A DNA stretch of 32,000 nt from Candidatus Kuenenia stuttgartensis. Its GTDB lineage: Bacteria > Planctomycetota > Brocadiia > Brocadiales > Brocadiaceae. The notes under the pieces are model-generated. The model was not told the DNA's origin. It saw only the letters and a program-made list of their open reading frames with translations, and did no database searches. A program made the position numbers and the translations under genes. Positions 20,569-30,140 of the stretch are shown in pieces. Every line of letters starts with the position of its first letter. Position 1 is the first letter of the stretch. The DNA is taken from the NCBI RefSeq assembly GCF_900232105.1, contig NZ_LT934425.1, positions 4,290,001-4,322,000 on the forward strand, read 5' to 3'.

Positions 20569-21207
20569 TTAAATTTCCGAAGGCGGTTTAATTTTTGTCA
20601 TTTTCATTCGGTTTTCGTGCTTTAATTCTTTCATTGAAACAGGATCCATCCTGGTAATCCCTTGCGGACCGGTAAACCAGCTTAAAGGACGTTTTTCCTT
20701 TCCAACTGAATCGCGCAGCATCAAAAGACCTTCCATAAAAGCATCGGGGCGCGGCGGGCAGCCGGGCACGTAAACATCTACTGGCATAAATTTATCCACG
20801 CCTTGTACTACACTGTAAATATCATACATGCCGCCTGAATTTGAACAAGAGCCCATAGAAATTATCCATCGCGGTTCCATCATCTGTTCATAAAGTCTTT
20901 TAATAATTGGCGCCATTTTAATGAATATGGTGCCGGCAGTGATCATTACATCTGCTTCCCTCGGCGTTCCCCGAATAACTTCAGCGCCAAATCTTGCAAT
21001 ATCATATTTGCTTGTTAGGCTTGTCGCCATTTCAACATAACAACAGGACAGCCCGAAGTTAAAAGGCCATAATGAGTTTTTTCTTCCCCAGGCAATCAAA
21101 TTCTGCAGATTACAGAGCACAACAGTTTTCTGAACAGCTTCCTCAAATGAACTTGTGCCGCTGACCGTTTTAGTTTGATCGGATGATTTAGTTAACCACC
21201 ATTTCAT
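20569..21207 (-). CDS. nuoB: NADH-quinone oxidoreductase subunit B
   Basis: 212 aa; [16 protein letters not shown]; [50 protein letters not shown]. Confidence 0.97.
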   Translation of the reverse strand: MKWWLTKSSDQTKTVSGTSSFEEAVQKTVVLCNLQNLIAWGRKNSLWPFNFGLSCCYVEMATSLTSKYDIARFGAEVIRGTPREADVMITAGTIFIKMAPIIKRLYEQMMEPRWIISMGSCSNSGGMYDIYSVVQGVDKFMPVDVYVPGCPPRPDAFMEGLLMLRDSVGKEKRPLSWFTGPQGITRMDPVSMKELKHENRMKMTKIKPPSEI

Positions 21208-21213
21208 AAATGC

Positions 21214-21630
21214 TTAACCTTTTAATTTTTCAAATGCTGATAATATTTTTTTACCCTGCGGGCCGAAATCAAGTGCGCCGAGTCGCCACACATAAATAAG
21301 TACGGCAATAATAATTCCAATAAATATTAATACACCAATGTAGCCGTTCCACCCAACATCGCGAAAAGCAACTGCCCATGCAAAGATAAAAATGGCTTCA
21401 AGATCAAAAATTACGAAAAACATTGCGGCGATATAGAAATGTGCAGAAAACCTGATACGGGCGCTGCCGGTGGGCGTAATACCTGATTCGAAAGGAACGT
21501 CGGTAGAAGGCTCTTTGTGACGCTCACCAAGAAAATAAGATATAATCAGTATTCCAATTACTAAAGAAACTACTGCTACAGTATATAATAGTAAAGGCCA
21601 GAGAGTGATTGGTTCAATAAAATTAGACAA
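21214..21630 (-). CDS. nuoA: NADH-quinone oxidoreductase subunit A
   Basis: 138 aa; PFESGITPTGSARIRFSAHFYIAAMFFVIFDLEAIFIFAWAVAFRDVGW. Confidence 0.95.
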   Translation of the reverse strand: MSNFIEPITLWPLLLYTVAVVSLVIGILIISYFLGERHKEPSTDVPFESGITPTGSARIRFSAHFYIAAMFFVIFDLEAIFIFAWAVAFRDVGWNGYIGVLIFIGIIIAVLIYVWRLGALDFGPQGKKILSAFEKLKG

Positions 21631-21932
21631 TTATTTACTCCCAAAAACAGATTAAGAAATTCTAATGATAATATTTTTTATAGCCCTTATATGGTAAAGT
21701 TTATAATGAAACAAAATAAAAATTTTCTCGCATCAATTTACGAAAGAATATACTCACTATCCTGGCTCGAAAATAAGACTACAAAAAATAGTTTAAGTAC
21801 AGATATTACAACACGATATGGCTATAAAACCATTTTCATCGTTTCTGGGTGTTGCAAATGCAACATGATGACTGTTTTTATAATTTTAATATTCATAAAG
21901 GGAATTATTATTTATAAAAATCTTTTTTGATG

Positions 21933-23603
21933 CTATACATTAGCTATTAAATCGAAGTATTCGTCATCTTCATTTTTGCCGCCGTAGCCTTTACCAATTG
22001 TTTTATACGTTTCTACAAATTCAATTCGTTCAATCCATTTTACCATTTTATAACCTAACTGATTTTCTACACGTAGCCTTAAAGGAGCCCCATGTACTTC
22101 AGAGAGCAACTCATAATTCATTTCCCACGCCAGTATCGATGCGGGTTTCAGACAATTATCCAGAGTGATTGTATCGTAGTACATGCCGCCATACAACCCT
22201 TCTCCAAAAGAATAAAACACAACCGTGGTTACAGAGGGATGTGGTTTAACCAGGTCCACCAGTACCTTTATAGGTAAGCCTCCCCATTCCGCTACGCCCG
22301 TCCATCCCTGTACGCAGTGGTGCATAGTAATATTCTGTTCTTTGCCCAGGTTCTTTATATCATCAAGCGACAATTCAACGGGGTTTTCTACTAATCCGCC
22401 TACTTTGAGTTTGTAGTCTTTGAATTTATTCTCTGCCAACTTTTTCCACTTTTCGGAAATTGGAAGATTGCCATTGGGCCAAAAGAATGGAGATATATCT
22501 TTCTTTTTTAAATATGCTCTGGGTTTCAATTTATTGATTGTGAACTGCCACAAATTGCCATTAATAAATGCATCTGTTCTTTGAACCCATCGCGGCCGTT
22601 TCCAGGACACCCAATGAGCATAAACAAAAAAAGCAATTGTAAAAAGAATTATTGCTGAACCTATATAAAGCCCTGTATAATCTGCGGGATTATCTGTTCC
22701 AAGCGTTATATGGTTCATGTTTCTAACGAAGCCTGTAATCACCACCATAGTAACGTGTACTATAATAAAAGCCACATATGCCAGCATCACTAAAAAGTGT
22801 GCAGACCTTGCTCCTTGCCTGTTGCCAAATAATTTTGGCAGCCAGTAAAATCTATTATCAATAGCAGGTGACATGCACACACCACTAAGCATAGCAAGAG
22901 GTCCTAAAATAAATATTACACCAAAATATGAAATCTGCTGTAATGCATTGTAATGATAAAAACCGTCAGGTTCTATTGGCAGATTGAATGTAGCATAATG
23001 CACAAAAACTGCCCACGCATCTGGAATAATTTGCCAGGAAGAAGGTGTTATTCTTTGCCATTGATCGCCAGCAAATAATAGCGTAATAAATATTATTCCA
23101 TTCAATACAAAAAAAAGTACATGGATAAAATGCCAGCCGCGGGCAATACCTACTGTGTGGCGATACCCTGGTAAGCCGATAATCGGACTTATATAACGGG
23201 CATCATCTTTTGCGGTCCATAATTTGTCTTTTGGCACAATTAAAGGAGTAAATTTCAACCACTCAGAACCAGGTGTGCAGCCTTTATTCCAATACAGCCG
23301 GGGATGGTCCATTAATATTGAAAGTCCACTTTTTATCAGTATCATCAAAAAGAAAAAGTTTACCCAATGGCAAAGAATCAGCCACAAGGGAAAACCTTTC
23401 ACTTTAACTTCAGTTATAGAAAGCAGTGCTAATGACGGATCCTTTGGTAATCCATATACTAAAAATTGTATCCACGCTGCTCCCATTATTCCTAAGAATA
23501 CAATGCCAATAATCAGAAAGGCATAAGGATTCAGTCCAATAAATAATTTCCTGTCTTGCGGATAATGAACTGATTTTTCTATTTGGTTAAAATGAGTGAA
23601 CAT
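21933..23603 (-). CDS. Fusion protein: membrane cytochrome-b (b561 / Ni,Fe-hydrogenase cyt b-like) + C-terminal sulfite-oxidase-type molybdopterin-binding domain
   Basis: 556 aa. Multi-TM N-terminus with His residues (HWVNFFFLMILIKSGLSILMDHPRLYW; GWHFIHVLFFVLNGII; GARSAHFLVMLAYVAFIIVHVTMVVITG). C-terminus KLKVGGLVENPVELSLDDIKNL...MHHCVQGWTGVAEWGGLPIKVLVDLV...APLRLRVENQLGYKMVKWIERIEF. Confidence 0.88.
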   Translation of the reverse strand: MFTHFNQIEKSVHYPQDRKLFIGLNPYAFLIIGIVFLGIMGAAWIQFLVYGLPKDPSLALLSITEVKVKGFPLWLILCHWVNFFFLMILIKSGLSILMDHPRLYWNKGCTPGSEWLKFTPLIVPKDKLWTAKDDARYISPIIGLPGYRHTVGIARGWHFIHVLFFVLNGIIFITLLFAGDQWQRITPSSWQIIPDAWAVFVHYATFNLPIEPDGFYHYNALQQISYFGVIFILGPLAMLSGVCMSPAIDNRFYWLPKLFGNRQGARSAHFLVMLAYVAFIIVHVTMVVITGFVRNMNHITLGTDNPADYTGLYIGSAIILFTIAFFVYAHWVSWKRPRWVQRTDAFINGNLWQFTINKLKPRAYLKKKDISPFFWPNGNLPISEKWKKLAENKFKDYKLKVGGLVENPVELSLDDIKNLGKEQNITMHHCVQGWTGVAEWGGLPIKVLVDLVKPHPSVTTVVFYSFGEGLYGGMYYDTITLDNCLKPASILAWEMNYELLSEVHGAPLRLRVENQLGYKMVKWIERIEFVETYKTIGKGYGGKNEDDEYFDLIANV

Positions 23604-23852
23604 AACACCTCCTGATAAATCTTATAATTTATACGATCAGTATTGGTCAGGTTTCTTTTAAAGTGAAGCCCTTTAAACAAGAATTCACTAAAATTCTGCT
23701 ATCTGGTTACAATGCATAATTACTACACACAGAATAATTAAAATATTAATAATTGATAATGACTTAAGTCACTTGAGAGTACCGAGTTCTCCATGTTGTG
23801 AATCTATTTAATCATATCTACAATTCTTATTTTTTACAGTACAATTTTAAAC

Positions 23853-24191
23853 TTATTTCGGTTTATCACGTTTCGCTAAATGGGCCTTCAATCGTGAATG
23901 TTCAATAGAAAGATCTATCCATAATTCAATCAATTTTTTAAACTCTTTATATGTTTTTACCAGTTGCCTTGTCTCATCTACAAACGAAGGCCTGACGTAT
24001 TCCGTCCTGCTTTTCATTTTATGTGTAAAACTGAGTTGATAGTATGCCCCCTTTTTCCCCGCAGGGTCCTTATACTGTTTACTCAGACTACCCGGTCTCA
24101 TTTCATTAATTGACTGAAGTTTCTTTTTGATTTTTTTAATCTTCTCTTCAATTTGTTGTAGCTTTTTTATTGACATATATGTAGCATACAC
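23853..24191 (-). CDS. DUF6788-like small coiled-coil protein
   Basis: 112 aa; IEEKIKKIKKKLQSINEMRPGSLSKQYKDPAGKKGAYYQLSFTHKMKSRTEYVRPSFVDETRQLVKTYKEFKKLIELWIDLSIEHSRL. Confidence 0.65.
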   Translation of the reverse strand: MYATYMSIKKLQQIEEKIKKIKKKLQSINEMRPGSLSKQYKDPAGKKGAYYQLSFTHKMKSRTEYVRPSFVDETRQLVKTYKEFKKLIELWIDLSIEHSRLKAHLAKRDKPK

Positions 24192-24237
24192 AGGCTACAT
24201 CAATATGTCAACAATAATTTGAAGGGGAGGAAGATTT

Positions 24238-25061
24238 ATGAAGCTTTGGATTCTGTGGTGGAGCACGGTCTGGCAACTACGCCCAGCCTGCTCTCGCCTG
24301 AGAAACTTTTTATGGTTTGCTACAGTTTTAGCCGGAATTACCGTTCGGCCTGATTTGCTCGGGGTGTCTAGTATTATACGAGGACTCGGCCTTAAGGGGT
24401 ATTGTTATGACCGCCTTTTGGATTTTTTTCATAGCAACGCACTAAATGTTGAGAAACTAACCAAACTATGGACAAAGCTTATTATAAAAACACATCCGCA
24501 GGTAAAGCGTTTTCGCGGGAAATTGCTTTTATGTGGGGATGGCCTTAAGGTGCCAAAAGAAGGCAAAAAGATGCCTGGTGTAAAGTCATTGCATCAGGAA
24601 TCTGACTCGAATAACAAGGCAGAGTACATTATGGGCCATTCCTGTCAGGTTGTTTCTCTTTTAGCTGAAGCCGGGAAAAGTTGTTTTGCTATTCCACTGG
24701 TGAGCAGAATTCATGAAGGCGTTGTCTTTTCAAACAGAGACCAAAGAACCTTACTCGACAAAATGGTTTTATTGATTAATTCTCTGGAGCTGAAAGAATT
24801 GTTCTACTTTATTGCAGACGCCTATTACGCATCCCATGCTATTATTAATGGCGTAGTTGCCCGGGGCAGCCACTTGATTAGCAGGGTAAGGAGTAATGCC
24901 GTTGCATACTTTCCCGTGGAACCGACTCCTGAAAAGAAAGGACGTGGACGACCCAAAAAATATGGTACGAAAGTAAAATTAAAAACATTGTTGAATGATC
25001 GCGCATCAATGAAGGAGGTGGAAAGTCCGGTTTATGGAGAGCAAGGCATAAAAATAAATTA
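24238..25061 (+). pseudogene. IS4/IS701-like DDE transposase, 5' part (interrupted by the ISL3 element)
   Basis: LLLCGDGLKVPKEGKKMPGVKSLHQESDSNNKAEYIMGHSCQVVSLL...FYFIADAYYASHAI...VYGEQGIKIN, then cut by the ISL3 left end. Confidence 0.85.
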
Positions 25062-26442
25062 GGCTCGTCCGCAGAATCTGTGGGTAATAAGTAAGGATTA
25101 GTAAGAGAAAAGGTGCATTGCCATCCCAAAGGGAGTAAGATGTTTTTTATCAAGAAAGCATCTTAACCCAAAAGGAGAGGCAATGCAGATAAAGACATTA
25201 TTAAATACGGTAGAGAATTTCAAGTCATTTGTTTACAAAGCAGTCAGTTTCGAGGTCATAAATGGTAGAAAGGCATTAGTAGCAGATATAAAGCCGAGGG
25301 TAAATGCCAAGCCTGAATGTTCAGTATGTGGGAAGAGAGTGTCTGGGTATGATACACAGCCGTCCCGGTTATACGAGTATCCGCCATTATGGGGGTTTCA
25401 AGTATTTTTCCGATATTCCCCGCGACGCGCCGCCTGTCCAGTGGACGGAATCCATGTAGAGCGAATTCCCTGGTCAGAAGGTAAGGAGCAGATGACCACC
25501 ACATACAAGGTATTCCTGTCTCGATGGGCTAAACGCCTGAGTTGGAAAGAGACAGCCGAGATATTCAAGTCCAGTTGGGACAGTGTGTATAGGGCAGTGC
25601 AGTTTGTAGTTGCCTACGGCCTTGCCCACAGGGACTTGGAGAATATAACGGAAATAGGAATAGACGAGATACAAGTCTGGAGTGGCCACAAGTATTTAAC
25701 CCTTGTATATCAGCTTGATTCGCATGCCAAAAGGCTTTTATGGAGTGGCCCTGAGCGGAAGGCAAAGACCCTGCGGAAGTTTTTCATGGAGTTAGGTATA
25801 GAACGTTGTCTGAGAATCAAATTCGTTTGCAGCGATATGTGGTCGCCGTACCTGAAGGTGATAGCGAAGAAGGCTTCCCAGGCGCTTAATATTCTTGACC
25901 GTTTCCACATCATGAAGAAATTCAATGAAGCCATAGACCAGATACGGAGGGAAGAGGTCAAAAAGCTCAAGGATGAAGGCACAGACAATGTTTTGGAAAA
26001 GAGCCGTTGGTTACTGTTGAAAAGGCCTGAGAACTTGACAGAAAAGCAAACGGTACGGTTAAGCCAGATAGTTAAGATCAACCTGAGTTCAATAAAGGCA
26101 TATTTAATGCGTGAAGATTTTCAGCGTTTTTGGGAGTATAAGTATCCGGCGTATGCAGACAGGTTTCTCGAGAACTGGATTACGAGAACCCTAAAAACCA
26201 ACCTGGAACCTATGAAAAAAGTGGCAAAGATGTTGCGCAATCACAAGCAGCTCATTCTCAACTGGTTCAAGGCTGATGGCAGACTTTCTTCCGGTACGGT
26301 TGAGGGGTTTAACCTTAAGGCGAAACTGACTATGAGAAAGGCTTATGGTTATAAATCTCTGGAATGCCTGCAAACAGCCTTGTATCATACTCTTGGTAAT
26401 TTGCCGGAACCAATACTTACCCACAGATTCTGCGGATGAGGC
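25062..26442 (+). mobile_element. Complete ISL3-family insertion sequence
   Basis: Terminal inverted repeats GGCTCGTCCGCAGAATCTGTGGGTAA (25062..25087) and RC of 26417..26442 (GCCTCATCCGCAGAATCTGTGGGTAA), 24/26 identical. Flanked by ATAAATTA (25054..25061) and ATAAAATTA (26443..26451). Confidence 0.9.
25183..26439 (+). CDS. ISL3-family transposase
   Basis: 418 aa; PRVNAKPECSVCGKRVSGYDTQPSRLYEYPPLWG...VDGIHVERIPWSEGKEQMTTTYKVFLSRWAKRLSWKETA...IGIDEIQVWSGHKY...NILDRFHIMKKFNEAIDQIRR...GTVEGFNLKAKLTMRKAYGYKSLECLQTALYHTLG. Confidence 0.95.
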   Translation: MQIKTLLNTVENFKSFVYKAVSFEVINGRKALVADIKPRVNAKPECSVCGKRVSGYDTQPSRLYEYPPLWGFQVFFRYSPRRAACPVDGIHVERIPWSEGKEQMTTTYKVFLSRWAKRLSWKETAEIFKSSWDSVYRAVQFVVAYGLAHRDLENITEIGIDEIQVWSGHKYLTLVYQLDSHAKRLLWSGPERKAKTLRKFFMELGIERCLRIKFVCSDMWSPYLKVIAKKASQALNILDRFHIMKKFNEAIDQIRREEVKKLKDEGTDNVLEKSRWLLLKRPENLTEKQTVRLSQIVKINLSSIKAYLMREDFQRFWEYKYPAYADRFLENWITRTLKTNLEPMKKVAKMLRNHKQLILNWFKADGRLSSGTVEGFNLKAKLTMRKAYGYKSLECLQTALYHTLGNLPEPILTHRFCG

Positions 26443-27031
26443 ATAAAATTATAGAACCCTTGATCTGCTTTGGAAACCCGTGGGTATTCTTATTCGATTT
26501 GTATTGGTGGATCACCCTCAAAGAGGGAAAATTATTTTAATGAGTACGGATTTAACTATTAATGCAATGGAAATTATCTGCCTGTATGGATTGCGTTTCA
26601 AAATCGAAGTGTCTTTCAAACAGGCGCTTAGAACCTTGGGCACATATGCCTACCATTTTTGGATGAGAAATATGCAGCCAATTAAAAGGCGTTCCGGCAA
26701 TCAACATGTTCACAAAAGAAGCTCTGAATACAGAAATGCAGTTCGCAGAAAACTTGCAGCCTATCACAGACATATACAGGCCGGCGTTATTGCACAGGGG
26801 CTTTTGCAATATATTTCTTCAGCATTTCCATCGCTTGTTTGGAATTCCTTCGGGTCATGGTTGCGGACTATGAGACCGGGAATTTGTCCTTCAGAACAAG
26901 TGACGGCCATTGCAATGAGAAATTGCCTTCCTGAATTTCTCGTGGATTCATCTCAAAAGTCAATCCTTACAAAATTTATTCTTGAACGAATCGATTTTTC
27001 CAGGGCAGAAGGGGCTCGATTGGTCGCATAG
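26443..27031 (+). pseudogene. IS4/IS701-like DDE transposase, 3' part (continuation of 24238..25061)
   Basis: In frame: YRTLDLLWKPVGILIRFVLVDHPQRGKIILMSTDLTINAMEIICLYGLRFKIEVSFKQALRTLGTYAYHFWM. Resumes exactly where the 5' part stops. Confidence 0.88.
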
Positions 27032-27290
27032 TTGCTTTTACTACACTTTTTAACTATTTTATTTTCACTCACAAGGTATTTTTACTCGTGAGAATGGGAT
27101 TAGTGCCTACTGTAAAATACGGTACTCTTAACCCAACTTCGACAAATTTACCCTGAAAAAGGCAAGAAATTGAGCGTATAATAGTCGTAACCTATTGGTA
27201 TGGTTGAATGTTGCTTTCGGCGTTTAATGTAGTGCCTGAATATTATTGTTTATGCTTGCGGCGCCATTGCTTACATGGTAAAATACCGGT

Positions 27291-29165
27291 GTGTTTATCC
27301 GTGAAAAGATCAAAAAAGTGAATGGCGGGAAGAGCTACATACAACACCAACTCATCGAATCCATTCGCACCCCTTCAGGGCCAAGACAGCAAATAGTCTT
27401 AAACCTTGGGCAGCTTAGTCTGCCCGAGGAGAAGTGGAAGACCCTTGCCAATTGCATTGAAGGATTTTTAGCAAATCAAAAAACGTTGTTTCCTCAAGAT
27501 CCTGAAATAGAGGCGAAAGCAAGGCATTATGCCAGCCAGATAAGACAGGAGCGGTTGGACAGGGCGCAAGAACGTATTACCGGCGGTGAATCAGCAGGGG
27601 AAGAACCTGCTCAATACGAGCACGTGAATATTAATTCCCTGATAACAAATGATGCAAAGACCGTAGGCGCCGAACACGTGGCCATAAGCCAAATGAATGA
27701 ATACGGGTTTGATAAGATATTGCAAGGGCTTGATTTTACAGATGACCAGATTGCCTATTCCAAGATGCTCATTGTGGGGAGAATGGTTCATCCCGGCAGC
27801 GAGCGTGATACCGTGCGATGGCTTTCTGAAACAAGCGGGGCGGGAGAGCTGTTGGACTCAGGGGTTAAACTGTATGATAAAGCGCTGCATCGCGCGGCAG
27901 TCTTGCTTTGGGAGAATCATGCCGCCATAGAGCAAGAGTTGTCAAAGCGGGCGCGAGAGATATTTTCCCTTAAAGAGACGGTGATTTTATATGATTTAAC
28001 AAATACCTATTTTGAGGGTAGCAAAAGAGGGAGTAAGGTGGCCCGGCGCTACAAATCAAAAGAGAGCCGTAATGATTGTCCGTTAATTACGCTATCCCTT
28101 ACCGTTGATGAAGAGGGATTTCCCAAGCAGAGCAAGGTTTTTGAGGGCAATGTGTCGGAGCCTGGTACCCTAAAAGATATTTTGGAGGGATTAAAAAAAG
28201 AAGACGGTATGTTTTCAAATGATAGAACGATAGTTATGGACGCAGGGGTTGCAACGGAAGAGAACATTGCGCTTATCAGGAAGAGTGGCTATAAATATGT
28301 GGTCGTCTCGCGCAAGAAATCTTTTGAAGATACTTTTTGGCCTGAAACGGACGAAGAGAAGATTATGTTATCAGACGGGAAAACAACGTTGGGCATGAAA
28401 TTAGTCCGTACTGAAGAAGAGGCATTCCTTTTATGCCACAGCGAGGCAAAAGAGGCAAAAGAGGCAAAAGAGAAGTCCATCCTTTCCCTGAAAGAACAAA
28501 GGTTTGAAGAGGCGCTCTCGGCAATAAAAGAAGGATTAGAGAAGCCAAAAAGACAGAAAAAATATGATACGATCATAGAGAGGATAGGCCGGTTAAAAGA
28601 ACGCTACAAGGTGGGCAATTTATATACGATCAAAGTGGAACAGACGGATGGCAAAGCGACCGATATCAAATTTAAGAAAAATGCTCAGGCGCAAGCAAAG
28701 GAAGAAGCCATAGGCACGTATGTATTACGGACAAACCGACTTGATCTTAGCGGGGAAGAGATATCAAAGCTCCATAGGTCGTTGAGTACTGTTGAGGAAA
28801 GTTTTAAAACAATGAAAGGCAACCTTGGTTTACGGCCAAACTTTCACCACACAGATACCCCAACCATTGCCCACGTGCATGTCACTGTATTGGCCTATCA
28901 CATACTTGCCGGGATATTAAAAAAGCTAAGAACCGCAGGGGTTCATTATAATTGGAATACGATTCGTAATATCCTTGCCACCCATATAAGGGTAACAACG
29001 ACCATGAACACAAAGGACGGCTGCGTTATTGACGTCAGAACCTGCACAGCGCCCACGGAAAAGCAGCACACGATTTACAATAAACTACAAATTAAACATA
29101 CACCATTAGGCAGAAAAAATATAAAATCACCCATGAAAACTCAAAGATGTAGTGCCGAAAAATGA
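27291..29165 (+). CDS. IS1634-family transposase (624 aa, GTG start)
   Basis: MFIREKIKKVNGGKSYIQHQLIESIRTPSGPRQQIVLNLG; LYDLTNTYFEGSKRGSKVARRYKSKESRNDCPLITLSL...FPKQSKVFEGNVSEPGTLKDIL; STVEESFKTMKGNLGLRPNFHHTDTPTIAHVHVTVLAYHI. Confidence 0.92.
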   Translation: MFIREKIKKVNGGKSYIQHQLIESIRTPSGPRQQIVLNLGQLSLPEEKWKTLANCIEGFLANQKTLFPQDPEIEAKARHYASQIRQERLDRAQERITGGESAGEEPAQYEHVNINSLITNDAKTVGAEHVAISQMNEYGFDKILQGLDFTDDQIAYSKMLIVGRMVHPGSERDTVRWLSETSGAGELLDSGVKLYDKALHRAAVLLWENHAAIEQELSKRAREIFSLKETVILYDLTNTYFEGSKRGSKVARRYKSKESRNDCPLITLSLTVDEEGFPKQSKVFEGNVSEPGTLKDILEGLKKEDGMFSNDRTIVMDAGVATEENIALIRKSGYKYVVVSRKKSFEDTFWPETDEEKIMLSDGKTTLGMKLVRTEEEAFLLCHSEAKEAKEAKEKSILSLKEQRFEEALSAIKEGLEKPKRQKKYDTIIERIGRLKERYKVGNLYTIKVEQTDGKATDIKFKKNAQAQAKEEAIGTYVLRTNRLDLSGEEISKLHRSLSTVEESFKTMKGNLGLRPNFHHTDTPTIAHVHVTVLAYHILAGILKKLRTAGVHYNWNTIRNILATHIRVTTTMNTKDGCVIDVRTCTAPTEKQHTIYNKLQIKHTPLGRKNIKSPMKTQRCSAEK

Positions 29166-29526
29166 AGGACTAAAGTCGTATCACATTGGCAATAAAAGAG
29201 ATACGATTTCTGCTTGTCGAAGTTGGGTTAAGCAGGTATTTTGCATTCATAGAATATTTACAAAAGTCAAGACCGGCAAAAAGACCGAGGAAATTGTTTA
29301 CGGTATTACCAGCCTGACACAACAAAAAGCAAGTCCCAAAACCATTCTTAAGTTTTCCCGCGGACACTGGTCAATAGAAAATGGACTTCATTATGTGCGT
29401 GATACCGCTTTCCGTGAAGACCATTCTCAAATACGCACACAAAATGCCCCAAGGGCAATGGCTTCTTTGAAGAACCTTGTGGTTGGGCTTTTTCATTTTC
29501 TCAATGTACCAAATATTACCGAGTAG
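29152..29526 (+). pseudogene. ISAs1-family transposase C-terminal relic
   Basis: VKQVFCIHRIFTKVKTGKKTEEIVYGITSLTQQKASPKTILKFSRGHWSIENGLHYVRDTAFREDHSQIRTQNAPRAMASLKNLVVGLFHFL. N-terminal two-thirds absent. Confidence 0.85.
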
Positions 29527-29579
29527 AAAACAGGCGCATTGTTAAACGTTTGAAACCTCTTTCATACTGAAGCGGAGGT

Positions 29580-30140
29580 ATTTTACTCAATCTCTTTTTA
29601 GTATGTTTCCTGTTCCCTCTCTAAAATTCCGTACGGTGGGTTTTCCCAAGTACGGCTTCAAACAGAATATCCGCTCTCAACCTTCGATAAAGATATTTAG
29701 GATTAAGTGCAAGTCCCACATTCACCTGCATTTCTCCATCTTATAGGAGAGTATAGCTACCGCCTTTTAGTTACTGTAGCCTACTAATTTCGGCATTTGA
29801 TTTCACTATTATTTGGTAGCAAATCCTGTCCAGAGACCCTTTGCTCTTTTGTGGGTTATGTTGTCCCTCAAAGTCAAACGCTACTACGGTCTCATCTGAG
29901 CTTCTCGCTATCTCCCATTACCTTATTATACTTCGTCTAACAGGTCTTTGCCGTACGGACTTGTATTGGCTGATAGCAAGATTTTCCCTAATTTACTCTG
30001 CACTACTTTGTTTACGTGTCGCCATCCATACCCCGACAGATTTACCGATTGCTTTTGGTTGTTGCTTCATCAGTAATACTAACTTTCACCATCTTTGCAG
30101 TGGTTCAGTATCTGTTTCGCCGCCACTTCGCAAGTTCTAT
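29580..30140 (-). other. Probable group II intron relic, largely lacking the reverse transcriptase ORF
   Basis: Minus strand ends with a domain V-like hairpin, GAAGCCGTACTTGGGAAAACCCACCGTACGGAATTTTAGAGAGGG (near 29620..29665). A stop-rich upstream segment includes SSDETVVAFDFEGQHNPQKSKGS (intron-ORF-start-like) and LNPKYLYRRLRADILFEAVLGK. Confidence 0.45.

Noticed and set aside
25710-26081. Antisense ORFs within the ISL3 transposase (also 25474..25689, 25565..25765)
   Set aside because: Antisense to a clear transposase and no domain similarity seen.
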